Shown one piece after another: positions 27,269-35,829 of a stretch of DNA of 64,000 nucleotides (the first letter of the stretch is position 1; each line of letters opens with the position of its first letter). The notes under the pieces are model-generated. The model did not search any database. It was not told where the DNA came from and saw only the letters and a list, made by a program, of their open reading frames with translations. The stretch is from the IMG/VR virus record IMGVR_UViG_3300021440_000016. The stretch is one strand, 5' to 3'. Position numbers and translations under genes: made by a program. The DNA comes from a virus. Its lineage: Duplodnaviria > Heunggongvirae > Uroviricota > Caudoviricetes.

Positions 27269-28588
27269 ATGACTGGCTCTTATGTGCTAAAAGCAATCGA
27301 CACTCCCTCTTCACCCGCTTCTTCGCAAACATCACCTACGACAAGCTTATCCGCGAGTGAAAAGAAGAGTAATCTAGAGCGGGCTCTTTATGATTTCGCT
27401 ACGGCCAATGCTTTTTTTGCCGCATTTTTGCAGGAAATCAATATTTCACATGACGAGCAGCTACCAACTGCTGCCATCGGCTACGACAAAAAGCAGAATG
27501 AGTTTCGGGTCATGGTCAATCCAAACTACTTTGGTAGTCTCACTGGGGAGCAACGCGTAGCCGTTTTGTTCCACGAGGTTCTTCACTTCACGCACGGCCA
27601 TCTTATTCGTATGGGTCTTACTGACGTAGACCTCGATAAGATGACGGCTGAAGAAAAGGTTCAGTTTAAGAACGAAACCATGATTAAGAATCTAGCCGCT
27701 GACCTTGCCATCAATCAGTACATCAAGAATCTACCGGACGGATGTATTACGTTAGATACGTTTAAAGATGAACATGGAAACCGCTTCCCGGCTTACCAGA
27801 CCTATGAGGTTTACTATGACCTCATTAATAAAAATAAAGATAATCAGCATAATAAGGACAAGTTCCAAGAAGCGGAAACCCTTGTCCTAGATGACCACTT
27901 GTGGGAGCAGCTCACGGACGAAGAAAAGGCCAACATGCTTAAGAAGGCCAAGGAAGTCACCGAGCGTACTATTGAGAAGACTTCTCGCGAATATGGCAGT
28001 GGCAAGGATCACGTAAAGGATCTTATGCAGATGCTAGAAACCGAGATGAATCGTATTAATTATAAACAGCTTCTCAAGATGGCAATCCGTCGTACTGTAA
28101 CTAAGCATAACAGAGACAGCACGTGGACTAAACCAAACCGCCGCTACGATGTCTATGCTCCCGGTACCCGAGAAGGTCAAGTACCGATGCTGAACATCTA
28201 CATTGATACATCAGGTAGTATTTCTCACACCGAACTAAACCGTTTTCTTAAGTTTATTCAGGGGTGCCTTAAGGCTGGATCAAATACGTGCAATATTGGT
28301 CTTTGGTCAGACTCCCTGTATCATGTAGAAAAGTTTACTAAGAACACTAAGGCCGAGAATCTACCGATTGAGTCGGGAGGTACTTGCGTAGACACCACTC
28401 TAGAACACATTAACAAGAATAATCCAGACTTGGCTATCATTCTTACCGACGGGTATTACCCGGAATCTAAAATCCCGTTTAAGTATAAGAATATTATTTG
28501 GGTTATTTCTGACTCCTCGGGCGTAAGCTCTCATCCACACAAAAGTATAGGTAAGACTATCACTCTTAAGGGAGTTATTGGTGGCTGA
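27269..28588 (+). CDS. VWA-like domain protein with N-terminal putative HExxH metallopeptidase-like domain
   Basis: VLFHEVLHFTHGH (HExxH) and IYIDTSGSIS MIDAS-like DxSGS motif. This is the usual partner of AAA_5 ATPases. Confidence 0.5.
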   Translation: MTGSYVLKAIDTPSSPASSQTSPTTSLSASEKKSNLERALYDFATANAFFAAFLQEINISHDEQLPTAAIGYDKKQNEFRVMVNPNYFGSLTGEQRVAVLFHEVLHFTHGHLIRMGLTDVDLDKMTAEEKVQFKNETMIKNLAADLAINQYIKNLPDGCITLDTFKDEHGNRFPAYQTYEVYYDLINKNKDNQHNKDKFQEAETLVLDDHLWEQLTDEEKANMLKKAKEVTERTIEKTSREYGSGKDHVKDLMQMLETEMNRINYKQLLKMAIRRTVTKHNRDSTWTKPNRRYDVYAPGTREGQVPMLNIYIDTSGSISHTELNRFLKFIQGCLKAGSNTCNIGLWSDSLYHVEKFTKNTKAENLPIESGGTCVDTTLEHINKNNPDLAIILTDGYYPESKIPFKYKNIIWVISDSSGVSSHPHKSIGKTITLKGVIGG

Positions 28589-28802
28589 TAATATAGAAAC
28601 GTTATGGGTGGTAAGCTCGTGCGGACTATATAAGTTCTGTATTATGCAGAGCTTTATTAAAAAATACGGCGATATTGTGAGGACGGAAGATGTTTATCGA
28701 TTAATGACTCACTATAGACTAGATATGTACTTGCATAATGACAGCGGTTCTGCTATTTTATATCTAGAGCCAGGAAAAGAGAACATAAAGGCTTTTTTTT
28801 AA
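28578..28802 (+). CDS. hypothetical small protein
   Basis: ORF only. Confidence 0.3.
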   Translation: MVADNIETLWVVSSCGLYKFCIMQSFIKKYGDIVRTEDVYRLMTHYRLDMYLHNDSGSAILYLEPGKENIKAFF

Positions 28803-28900
28803 ATGGTAAACAAGTGACTGAGGAAGAAATTCCAAAGTTGAAGCATAACAAGGACTTCAAAAAAGAAACTGAAGACCTTTTCGGTATTTAAGGAGATAGT

Positions 28901-29257
28901 ATGGATATGGAAAAGAAGCTTATGGACACTGCTCTTGACAGCACGGTTACCTTTCAGGTAAAAGGTAAGCTCAGTAAGGATGAGAAGCTGTTCAATTACG
29001 AGGTAACTGTGAAGTCTGGATTTTTTCGCCAAGAAAAAAAGCCTGATTTGACTAAGAATACCATTCAAGAACTCATTACCGATTTTAATATTCTTCCGTT
29101 CCTTCATAATCCGGTAGGTCCTAGTATCACCAACACGGATACTGGCGAACGCGGGTACTTCATCAATGGTCATCCCCTTACCCCAGAAGAGGGCGCCAAG
29201 CTCCAGCATAACGTAGACTTTAAAACTGAGGCTGAGGAAGTCTTTGGCATTAAATAA
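28901..29257 (+). CDS. hypothetical protein
   Basis: ORF with GGAGA RBS. Confidence 0.4.
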   Translation: MDMEKKLMDTALDSTVTFQVKGKLSKDEKLFNYEVTVKSGFFRQEKKPDLTKNTIQELITDFNILPFLHNPVGPSITNTDTGERGYFINGHPLTPEEGAKLQHNVDFKTEAEEVFGIK

Positions 29258-29419
29258 GTTCTTGATGACCACAGATGAGGCTTACCTAGCCTTCGATATT
29301 CTCAAAAAATTGCAAGTAATTACAAACATCAGAACTGGCACAATAGAACAGCTTCATTTTCTTTGGGCTGTTTGTGACAATTCTGATTATTGGTATGGAC
29401 TTCTTAGGAAGGAATTATA

Positions 29420-30583
29420 ATGTTTTTGGAAGAATCACTAACTTATGCTGACGTACTAATCAAACCTGCTTTTTCTATGATTAGGTCCCGTAAGGAAGTT
29501 ACGCTAGACACTACCTTCTTGGGTGTTAATATTGGTCTACCTCTTATCTCGTCTAATATGGACACTGTGACTTCTCCTCAGATGGCCGCAGCAATGTCTA
29601 AGGCTGGAGGGCTTGCTGCGCTTCATAGGTTTCAAACTATCGAGCAGAATGTTGATCAATTTTACGCATCAGTAGACCTTTCCGCTAATTCTCTTCACTC
29701 ATCAAAGTACACTAAGAAACCTATTGGTAGTTTTGGAATCGGCGATATGGAGTACGAACGAGCGTTGGCCCTATATGACGCAGGGACTGAGATTCTTCTA
29801 CTGGACGTAGCGCATGGTGCAGCTATTCACGTAGTTGAGCAATATGACCGGGTACGGTCCAGAGTTGGGAATAATTGTGCTATTATCGTGGGTAATTTTG
29901 ATAACTATGATTCTGTTAATGCTTTTATTGGTCATCTGAAGTCCAGCCGTAAACCAGACGCTCTGAAAATCGGCGTAGGTAACGGAGCCGCGTGTATCAC
30001 TCGCGTAGTCACTGGTTGTGGAGGTGGCATGATTTCCGCCCTGCTGGACTGCTCTCTATCTGGAATTCCTCTGATTGCCGATGGTGGTACCAAGAATAGC
30101 GGGGATATCGCAAAGGCTCTAGCGGCTGGCGCTAGTATGGTAATGGCTGGAAGTATGCTTGCTGGAACGGAGGAATCTCCCGGTGAGCTGGTTTATTTTA
30201 ATTCTCTTAATCAGCAAGTAACAAAGGATGAGCTTTTCCGTAAAATCTATTCTGAGAAATCTGATTCTTTCGAATATGTTATTCATAGTCCAGAAGAGTC
30301 TTTTTACAGCATTAAAAAGAAATACCGTGGCTCAGCTTCTCAAGAGTCATACGAAGTGCAAGGAAAGGTAGACAACCATCGCACCCCTGAAGGTGAGGCA
30401 ATGCTTCTACCGTATAAGGGTCCGGTGGCCCCTATTCTAGAGTCTAATGCCGCTGGCCTTAAGTCTACCCTTGCATACGTAGGGGCAAAGAGCTTGACAG
30501 AATTTAGAGACAATGTTAAGCTAGTAAAAGTCAGCACCTCAACGTTAGCAGAAAATGGCGCCCACGGAAAGCATAGGACATAA
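29420..30583 (+). CDS. IMP dehydrogenase / GMP reductase family enzyme
   Basis: LISSNMDTVTSPQMAAAMSKAGGLAALHRF and catalytic-loop-like KIGVGNGAACITRVVTGCGGG. No CBS insert; GMP-reductase-like length. Confidence 0.5.
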   Translation: MFLEESLTYADVLIKPAFSMIRSRKEVTLDTTFLGVNIGLPLISSNMDTVTSPQMAAAMSKAGGLAALHRFQTIEQNVDQFYASVDLSANSLHSSKYTKKPIGSFGIGDMEYERALALYDAGTEILLLDVAHGAAIHVVEQYDRVRSRVGNNCAIIVGNFDNYDSVNAFIGHLKSSRKPDALKIGVGNGAACITRVVTGCGGGMISALLDCSLSGIPLIADGGTKNSGDIAKALAAGASMVMAGSMLAGTEESPGELVYFNSLNQQVTKDELFRKIYSEKSDSFEYVIHSPEESFYSIKKKYRGSASQESYEVQGKVDNHRTPEGEAMLLPYKGPVAPILESNAAGLKSTLAYVGAKSLTEFRDNVKLVKVSTSTLAENGAHGKHRT

Positions 30584-30586
30584 AAA

Positions 30587-31564
30587 ATGGGATTTTTTAA
30601 ACTTCGCTCTGTAATCTCCCTCAACGATATTCAAGCCGGAGCTGCTCTCGATATACAGGAGTCAGATTTTAGCCTACAGACCTCCGATGATAAGTTCCTC
30701 CAATTTGAATATGTTGAGGAAGAGCGAAAGCTTTCTCCTTACCCAGTAAAGCCCGGAGTATTCACTATAACTAAAACCATGACTGGGATGGATCTAATTC
30801 CCACTACCTTTACGCAGGATAAGATCCTAAAAGATCTTCTATCCACTAAAAACGTAACCGAGCGTATTGATAAGTTTTTTGACCGGCTACATGTTTATTA
30901 CGAAGAGGGAATCGAAATCCCCAAACGAGGAGCACTCCTCTACGGTCCAGCTGGTACGGGTAAGTCCTCTAGCATCTCCACTATTGTTGAAAAGTACGCA
31001 GGTGATAATAAGACTATTATTATTAGCTGGAGCACCGATACGTTTGAAGCGTCAGATGTTAAGCGTTTTTTTAAGTCGTTTGACTACCAAGGCGTAGAAC
31101 GCATGATCCTAATTGCGGAGGATATTGGTGGAATAGAAAATGACCAAGCTACTATTAGGTCTGACTCTTCTCTTCTTTCTTTGCTCGATAATAAGGAAAA
31201 AACTTTTAAAGTTCCTATTTACATCCTCGCCACCACTAACTTTCCTCAAAATCTAATGGGCAACTTAACTAATCGCCCAGATCGATTCGACGATAAAATT
31301 GAAGTAGGATACCCTCCAGCAATAGCGAGAGTAGAACTTCTAAAGTTTTATCTTAAAGACTCGGCTACGGAAGAAGCTATTAAGCTCATTGAATCTAAAA
31401 AGTGTGATGAATTCACTCCCGCACATATTAGAGAAATTAGAATTCGCTCTAAAATTCACGATAAAGCGGTGGAAGAAGTCATTAAGGAAATTTCACAAGA
31501 AATCGAAATGTATAAAAAAGCCTTCTCCAAACAGCGTTCGATGAGCATGGGGTTTGTGGATTGA
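30587..31564 (+). CDS. AAA+ ATPase
   Basis: Walker A GPAGTGKSS, Walker B ILIAEDIGG, sensor/Arg-finger region PDRFDDKIEVGYP. Confidence 0.55.
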   Translation: MGFFKLRSVISLNDIQAGAALDIQESDFSLQTSDDKFLQFEYVEEERKLSPYPVKPGVFTITKTMTGMDLIPTTFTQDKILKDLLSTKNVTERIDKFFDRLHVYYEEGIEIPKRGALLYGPAGTGKSSSISTIVEKYAGDNKTIIISWSTDTFEASDVKRFFKSFDYQGVERMILIAEDIGGIENDQATIRSDSSLLSLLDNKEKTFKVPIYILATTNFPQNLMGNLTNRPDRFDDKIEVGYPPAIARVELLKFYLKDSATEEAIKLIESKKCDEFTPAHIREIRIRSKIHDKAVEEVIKEISQEIEMYKKAFSKQRSMSMGFVD

Positions 31565-31860
31565 GCAAGAACTGCACCGATAAACGCAGAGTTAATCATA
31601 ATAGATATGTTGGCAGACGAACATATCGTACTGGTAGAGATAAAGATACCAACTCATGGGAGTTTATGATTAATTCGCTGGAATTTTTGGTGGACAATAA
31701 ACGCCATCTTATTCACCGCAATACTTCCGCTAAGCGAGAAGCTCGTATAGAAGAACAATTTAAGAAAATCTTGGATTCTGTAGAGATTCAAAGTTCTTCT
31801 GTAGCTGAGGCGTTTGGAGAGCTATTAGAAGAACACGATATAGATAGCTCACATGAATAA
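31561..31860 (+). CDS. hypothetical basic protein (non-ATG start)
   Basis: ORF only. Confidence 0.3.
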   Translation: MSKNCTDKRRVNHNRYVGRRTYRTGRDKDTNSWEFMINSLEFLVDNKRHLIHRNTSAKREARIEEQFKKILDSVEIQSSSVAEAFGELLEEHDIDSSHE

Positions 31861-32089
31861 TATAACCGATATTAAAAAATTTAAAGCTTCTAAGAAAGCC
31901 AAGGTCGTTTATGCCGAGCTTCAGCAGGTAATAAAGATCTTCGACCTAACCACGACAGCGCTTAGATACTTTAGTAAATATAGTATTGTTATGGAAGTTA
32001 TCAGCGTTCTTCAATCTAATCGTACTTTATTGGAAATTCATTGCAAAAAGTATGAAAAAATGATAAAGTCGGAGAAAGACCATGAGTAA
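31853..32089 (+). CDS. hypothetical protein
   Basis: ORF only. Confidence 0.3.
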   Translation: MNNITDIKKFKASKKAKVVYAELQQVIKIFDLTTTALRYFSKYSIVMEVISVLQSNRTLLEIHCKKYEKMIKSEKDHE

Positions 32090-32402
32090 AAGAATAGACT
32101 ATAAAGCGTTAGCTAAGAATATTCCACATAACGTTCAGGTCGCTAATAAGCGGGCCTACGAAGTTCTTTACTCGGACACCATCAAGTTTGATAATAACAT
32201 CATGGGCGAAACTCGCTTTGACCCCCCTCAAATCGTTCTTCAAACGGGACAGTCTAGTAGAGAAATGGTTTTAACGTACTGGCATGAATTCCTCCATGCC
32301 ATATCGGAGGAGCACGAAGTCCCTCTTACTGAATCCGAAGTGCGGAGGCTGGAGCGCTCCTTTACTTACTTCTATAAGTTTTTTGATACCCTCAAAGGAT
32401 AA
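32082..32402 (+). CDS. small protein with HExxH motif
   Basis: WHEFLHAISEEHE contains HEFLH; possible mini zinc-metallopeptidase. Confidence 0.3.
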   Translation: MSKRIDYKALAKNIPHNVQVANKRAYEVLYSDTIKFDNNIMGETRFDPPQIVLQTGQSSREMVLTYWHEFLHAISEEHEVPLTESEVRRLERSFTYFYKFFDTLKG

Positions 32403-32405
32403 TCC

Positions 32406-33191
32406 ATGAGCAAAAAGAATAGGCCAAAGGTTCTTCTACTAGACATCGAAATAAGCCCGTTACTCGCCTCAGTGTGGGCTTTGTTTGATCAAAACGTAGG
32501 CCTTAATCAAATTCAAAGAGATACTTTCATACTCTCATTCAGTGCCAAGTGGCTAGATAGCGATAAGGTCATTTATATGGACCAGAGTCGCGCAAAGGAC
32601 ATCGAGGACGACTCAACCCTACTAAAGGCTGTGTGGAAGTTACTAGACGAGGCTGACATCGTGATTGGTCAGAACTCAAAACGTTTTGATATTAAGAGAT
32701 TAAATGCTCGATTCATAATTAATGGCATGCAGCCACCTTCTAGTTTCAAGCAAGTAGACACCCTAGAATTAGCTAAACGAAATTTTGCTTTTACCTCCAA
32801 TAAACTAGAGTATCTCAGCAGTAAGCTGTGCACTAAACACAAGAAGCTTACTAAGCGGAAATACGCCGGATTTGAACTTTGGAAGGAATGTCTAAAGGGC
32901 AATAAGGCCGCTTGGAAAGAAATGCGAGAGTATAATACTTTAGACGTATTATCTCTACAAGAGCTATATGAGAAACTAGCACCATGGGGATCACCAGTTA
33001 ACTTTGAACTTTACTCTGATGAAGTTTCTACCAAGTGTAACTGTGGCTCTGAAGAGTTTACGAAGAACGGATTTAAGTATACATCTTCTGGAAAGTTCCA
33101 ACGATTCAAATGTATTAGCTGTGGAGCTGAGCACCGCGATAAGAAGAACTTATTCACGAGAGAAAAACGAGCTTCTTTAGGTGTGAAGTAA
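32406..33191 (+). CDS. DnaQ-like (DEDD) 3'-5' exonuclease with C-terminal zinc ribbon (tentative)
   Basis: LLLDIEISPL (exo I-like D-x-E), FDIKRLNARF, YNTLDVLSLQELY (exo III-like), CNCG...CISCG. Confidence 0.35.
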   Translation: MSKKNRPKVLLLDIEISPLLASVWALFDQNVGLNQIQRDTFILSFSAKWLDSDKVIYMDQSRAKDIEDDSTLLKAVWKLLDEADIVIGQNSKRFDIKRLNARFIINGMQPPSSFKQVDTLELAKRNFAFTSNKLEYLSSKLCTKHKKLTKRKYAGFELWKECLKGNKAAWKEMREYNTLDVLSLQELYEKLAPWGSPVNFELYSDEVSTKCNCGSEEFTKNGFKYTSSGKFQRFKCISCGAEHRDKKNLFTREKRASLGVK

Positions 33192-33415
33192 TGGATAAAT
33201 ATAATACACGCTTGAGTAATCTAAACCCAACAAACTACATAAACAATCATGTTCTTACGCTTGAGTATAACTATAGGAAGGCATTCTTTGATTTAAATAT
33301 TATTACAAATGAACCTTGGTTGCTCGTACTTCAATATGAAACAGATTATGCTGTATCAGGAAAGGTGATTGATTATGTTGAAAAATGCTTCAGGGATCAA
33401 ATACGACGCAGGTAA
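33191..33415 (+). CDS. small protein, FxDLxII-motif family
   Basis: Contains AFFDLNIITNEPWLLV. Confidence 0.3.
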   Translation: MDKYNTRLSNLNPTNYINNHVLTLEYNYRKAFFDLNIITNEPWLLVLQYETDYAVSGKVIDYVEKCFRDQIRRR

Positions 33416-33683
33416 GCCCAAGCTCTCATACCTTCCCTATGACGCTTTAGTGGAAGTCGCTAAGGTAATGGAATTCGGCGCTCAGAAATACGATAAGCAC
33501 AATTATAAGAAGGGTATGGAATATACCAGACTTATAGATGCGGCCTTCAGACACCTACACCAATTTAACGACGGTCAAGATTTAGACGAAGAATCCCATC
33601 TAAATCACATCTCACATTGTATCTCTAATCTTCTTATGCTATTGTGGATGGTAAAACATAAGCCCGAGATGGATAATCGATAA
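33369..33683 (+). CDS. MazG-like dATP/dGTP pyrophosphohydrolase N-terminal-domain protein (tentative)
   Basis: GKPKLSYLPYDALVEVAKVMEFGAQKYDKHNY resembles phage nucleotide-pyrophosphohydrolase domains. Confidence 0.35.
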   Translation: MIMLKNASGIKYDAGKPKLSYLPYDALVEVAKVMEFGAQKYDKHNYKKGMEYTRLIDAAFRHLHQFNDGQDLDEESHLNHISHCISNLLMLLWMVKHKPEMDNR

Positions 33684-34129
33684 TGCTAAAACTAGAAGTA
33701 TTTAAGTTAGATAAAACCGCAACAACCCCTACCCGGAATAATCCTAATGACGCTGGAGTGGATATTTACTCTAACGCTGATGTCTTTATTCCTGTAGGTA
33801 AGACTGTGAAAGTACCTACCGGCGTAGCTATGCGCGTAGCTAATGGATATGTCGGTAAGATTGAGGATCGTAGCTCTATGGGAGCTAGGGGTATTCGTAC
33901 TGGAGCTGGGATCATAGATGCCGGGTTCAGTGGAGAAGTATCAATTGTTCTGCATAATCTTAATAATACTGAATCAGAAGCTAATGGAGTTCGTGGCTAT
34001 ATGGTACGAAAGGGAGATAAAATCGCCCAGATGCTGGTGGTGCATGTGTACACTCCAGTAGTAGCCGAGGTGGACTCCTTGTGGATTTCAGAGCGAGGAA
34101 ATAATGGTTTCGGCAGCTCGGGTCGGTAA
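33683..34129 (+). CDS. dut: dUTP diphosphatase
   Basis: All five dUTPase motifs present: DAGVDIY, RSSMGARG, GIIDAGFSGEV, KIAQML, GNNGFGSSGR. Confidence 0.8.
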   Translation: MLKLEVFKLDKTATTPTRNNPNDAGVDIYSNADVFIPVGKTVKVPTGVAMRVANGYVGKIEDRSSMGARGIRTGAGIIDAGFSGEVSIVLHNLNNTESEANGVRGYMVRKGDKIAQMLVVHVYTPVVAEVDSLWISERGNNGFGSSGR

Positions 34130-34377
34130 TGGGTAGAATCAGTGATCCTAATCCGCCGCTACACGTAAGGAAACTATTACTTATTTATCCTAATTTGCTA
34201 TTAGATTATAAAATTAACCATTTACTTTTTTCTTTAACAGTGTTAGAATCGGATCAGTGGGCTTTGCTGCCTGATTTAGCTCCTCTACCGGAGGATAGGC
34301 GAGCACTAGATCACTGGGAGAATGAGATAAAGCGCGTCATTGAGGAATATGCAAAAAAACTCTCGAAAGAAACGTAA
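34129..34377 (+). CDS. hypothetical protein
   Basis: ORF only. Confidence 0.3.
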   Translation: MGRISDPNPPLHVRKLLLIYPNLLLDYKINHLLFSLTVLESDQWALLPDLAPLPEDRRALDHWENEIKRVIEEYAKKLSKET

Positions 34378-34663
34378 GCCAAGAGATTCCGATGAAGAGA
34401 CAATCGAAAGACTACAACAGGAGCTTAGAGAGCTAAAAGCATTGAACCGCAGCTTAATGAAGCGTCTGAAGAAAGTAGACAGAGAATACCATAAAGCTTT
34501 TGACGAAGAAGAAGTGTACGAAGCTAAACATAAAAAACAGAATGAGTTCGATTGCCCTCAGTGCGGTAAGGGTCATTTAAAAGACAACACCGGAATTCCG
34601 GGCAGATTATTCAGAACCTGCACATCTTGCGACTACAAAAGTAAGATCGAGAGGCTACGATAG
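34340..34663 (+). CDS. basic coiled-coil protein with zinc ribbon
   Basis: CPQCG...CTSCD; Lys/Arg-rich. Confidence 0.35.
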   Translation: MRNMQKNSRKKRKPRDSDEETIERLQQELRELKALNRSLMKRLKKVDREYHKAFDEEEVYEAKHKKQNEFDCPQCGKGHLKDNTGIPGRLFRTCTSCDYKSKIERLR

Positions 34664-34864
34664 ATGACTTATAAAGAATGTCTTGAAGAAGTTAAAATGT
34701 TAGGCTATCCTTTTTATTACATTAGAGTCAATACAATGGATGCCCTTATTGGCTCATGCCTAAGTGACCTCGGAATTATTGATGATGATGCAGACCTCGG
34801 CAAGGGTGAAAACCGTGTTAAGTTCCAGATTTGGAAACATGCTTATAACGAAGTTCACAAATAG
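34664..34864 (+). CDS. small protein, FxDLxII-motif family
   Basis: Contains CLSDLGIIDDDADLG. Confidence 0.3.
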   Translation: MTYKECLEEVKMLGYPFYYIRVNTMDALIGSCLSDLGIIDDDADLGKGENRVKFQIWKHAYNEVHK

Positions 34865-34892
34865 GCACAGTAGTAAATACTAGCAGGTGTAG

Positions 34893-35297
34893 ATGCCAAA
34901 ACAACAATCGTTTGATAAAAAACTAAAATCATTTGTTACCTCTACCTTAAGGCGAGCCTCACTACGTTGGCCCGCTAGATCTGAAGCCCTCAGAAATGCT
35001 AGAACTTCTAGGGGTTTATATCAATGTTCTATGTGTGGCGGTCAGTTCAAAGCCAAAGAAATAGATATTGACCATACGGTTCCAGTAGTGAGTACCGCCT
35101 CGGGGTTTACTAACTGGGATGATTTCATCAATCGACTATTTGTCCCAGCAGAGAAGCTTTCCGCTTTATGCAAGCCCTGCCATCTTAGCAAAACTCTCTT
35201 AGAGGATAGAACTAGGGCGAATATTAACGCCATAAAAAAAGGCGAGCAAGCGGAGATTATCAAGGCCGCTAAAAAAAGCAATAAAGATGATAAATAG
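34893..35297 (+). CDS. HNH endonuclease
   Basis: CSMCGG...IDIDHTVPV...CKPCHLSK: CxxC/H/CxxCH HNH core. Confidence 0.55.
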   Translation: MPKQQSFDKKLKSFVTSTLRRASLRWPARSEALRNARTSRGLYQCSMCGGQFKAKEIDIDHTVPVVSTASGFTNWDDFINRLFVPAEKLSALCKPCHLSKTLLEDRTRANINAIKKGEQAEIIKAAKKSNKDDK

Positions 35298-35502
35298 ATA
35301 CCCTCTGTGTTCCTATGAAGAGATCCTCCATACCTGTTACGACGAAGAATCGCGCCTAGAAGCGCACACCTGTCAAACTCTACTGAAGCTAGATATTATA
35401 GAACGAAATGAATATCTATTAGTTAATCATGAGCTTGGGATGGAGTATAGAGTAAAGAACGAAGTAGCTACTTATGCAAATGAGTCAAGTAACCGAATTT
35501 AA
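35287..35502 (+). CDS. small protein, FxDLxII-motif family
   Basis: Contains TLLKLDIIERNEYLLVNHELG. Confidence 0.3.
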   Translation: MINRYPLCSYEEILHTCYDEESRLEAHTCQTLLKLDIIERNEYLLVNHELGMEYRVKNEVATYANESSNRI

Positions 35503-35829
35503 TTGTTGACAAATCTTAAGGAGTATATTAATATGAATTTAGTAGAAAAGTTTAAAGAAGCGGCACGTTGGATGAATGAGCATGGCGTGCCCCTCCCCAT
35601 GTTGCGCGACCCGAAAACTGGGGTTTCGTCTGTATCTTTGACCATGATGTTCATTGCTTTTAATGTTGTACTAGTTGGTCTAGTAGGTAAGTGGGCTAAG
35701 CGCTTAGAAGGAATTGACGTTCAGCAAGCTATTTACTGGTTTCTTATCACAGCCTCCCTCTACTTCGGTAGAACCCTAACCTACGGTGGAAAGACCGTAT
35801 CAAACGAAGAAAGCGAAAAGAAAGAATGA
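35503..35829 (+). CDS. two-helix membrane protein
   Basis: Two hydrophobic helices. Coupled to the downstream protease (ATGA overlap). Confidence 0.4.
   Translation: MLTNLKEYINMNLVEKFKEAARWMNEHGVPLPMLRDPKTGVSSVSLTMMFIAFNVVLVGLVGKWAKRLEGIDVQQAIYWFLITASLYFGRTLTYGGKTVSNEESEKKE

Noticed and set aside
28700-28722. T7-promoter-like string CTCACTATAGAC, plus CCACTATAGC near 12165
   Set aside because: Both lie inside ORFs, occur once each, and differ from the recurrent TAACAACTATA motif. Treated as coincidence.
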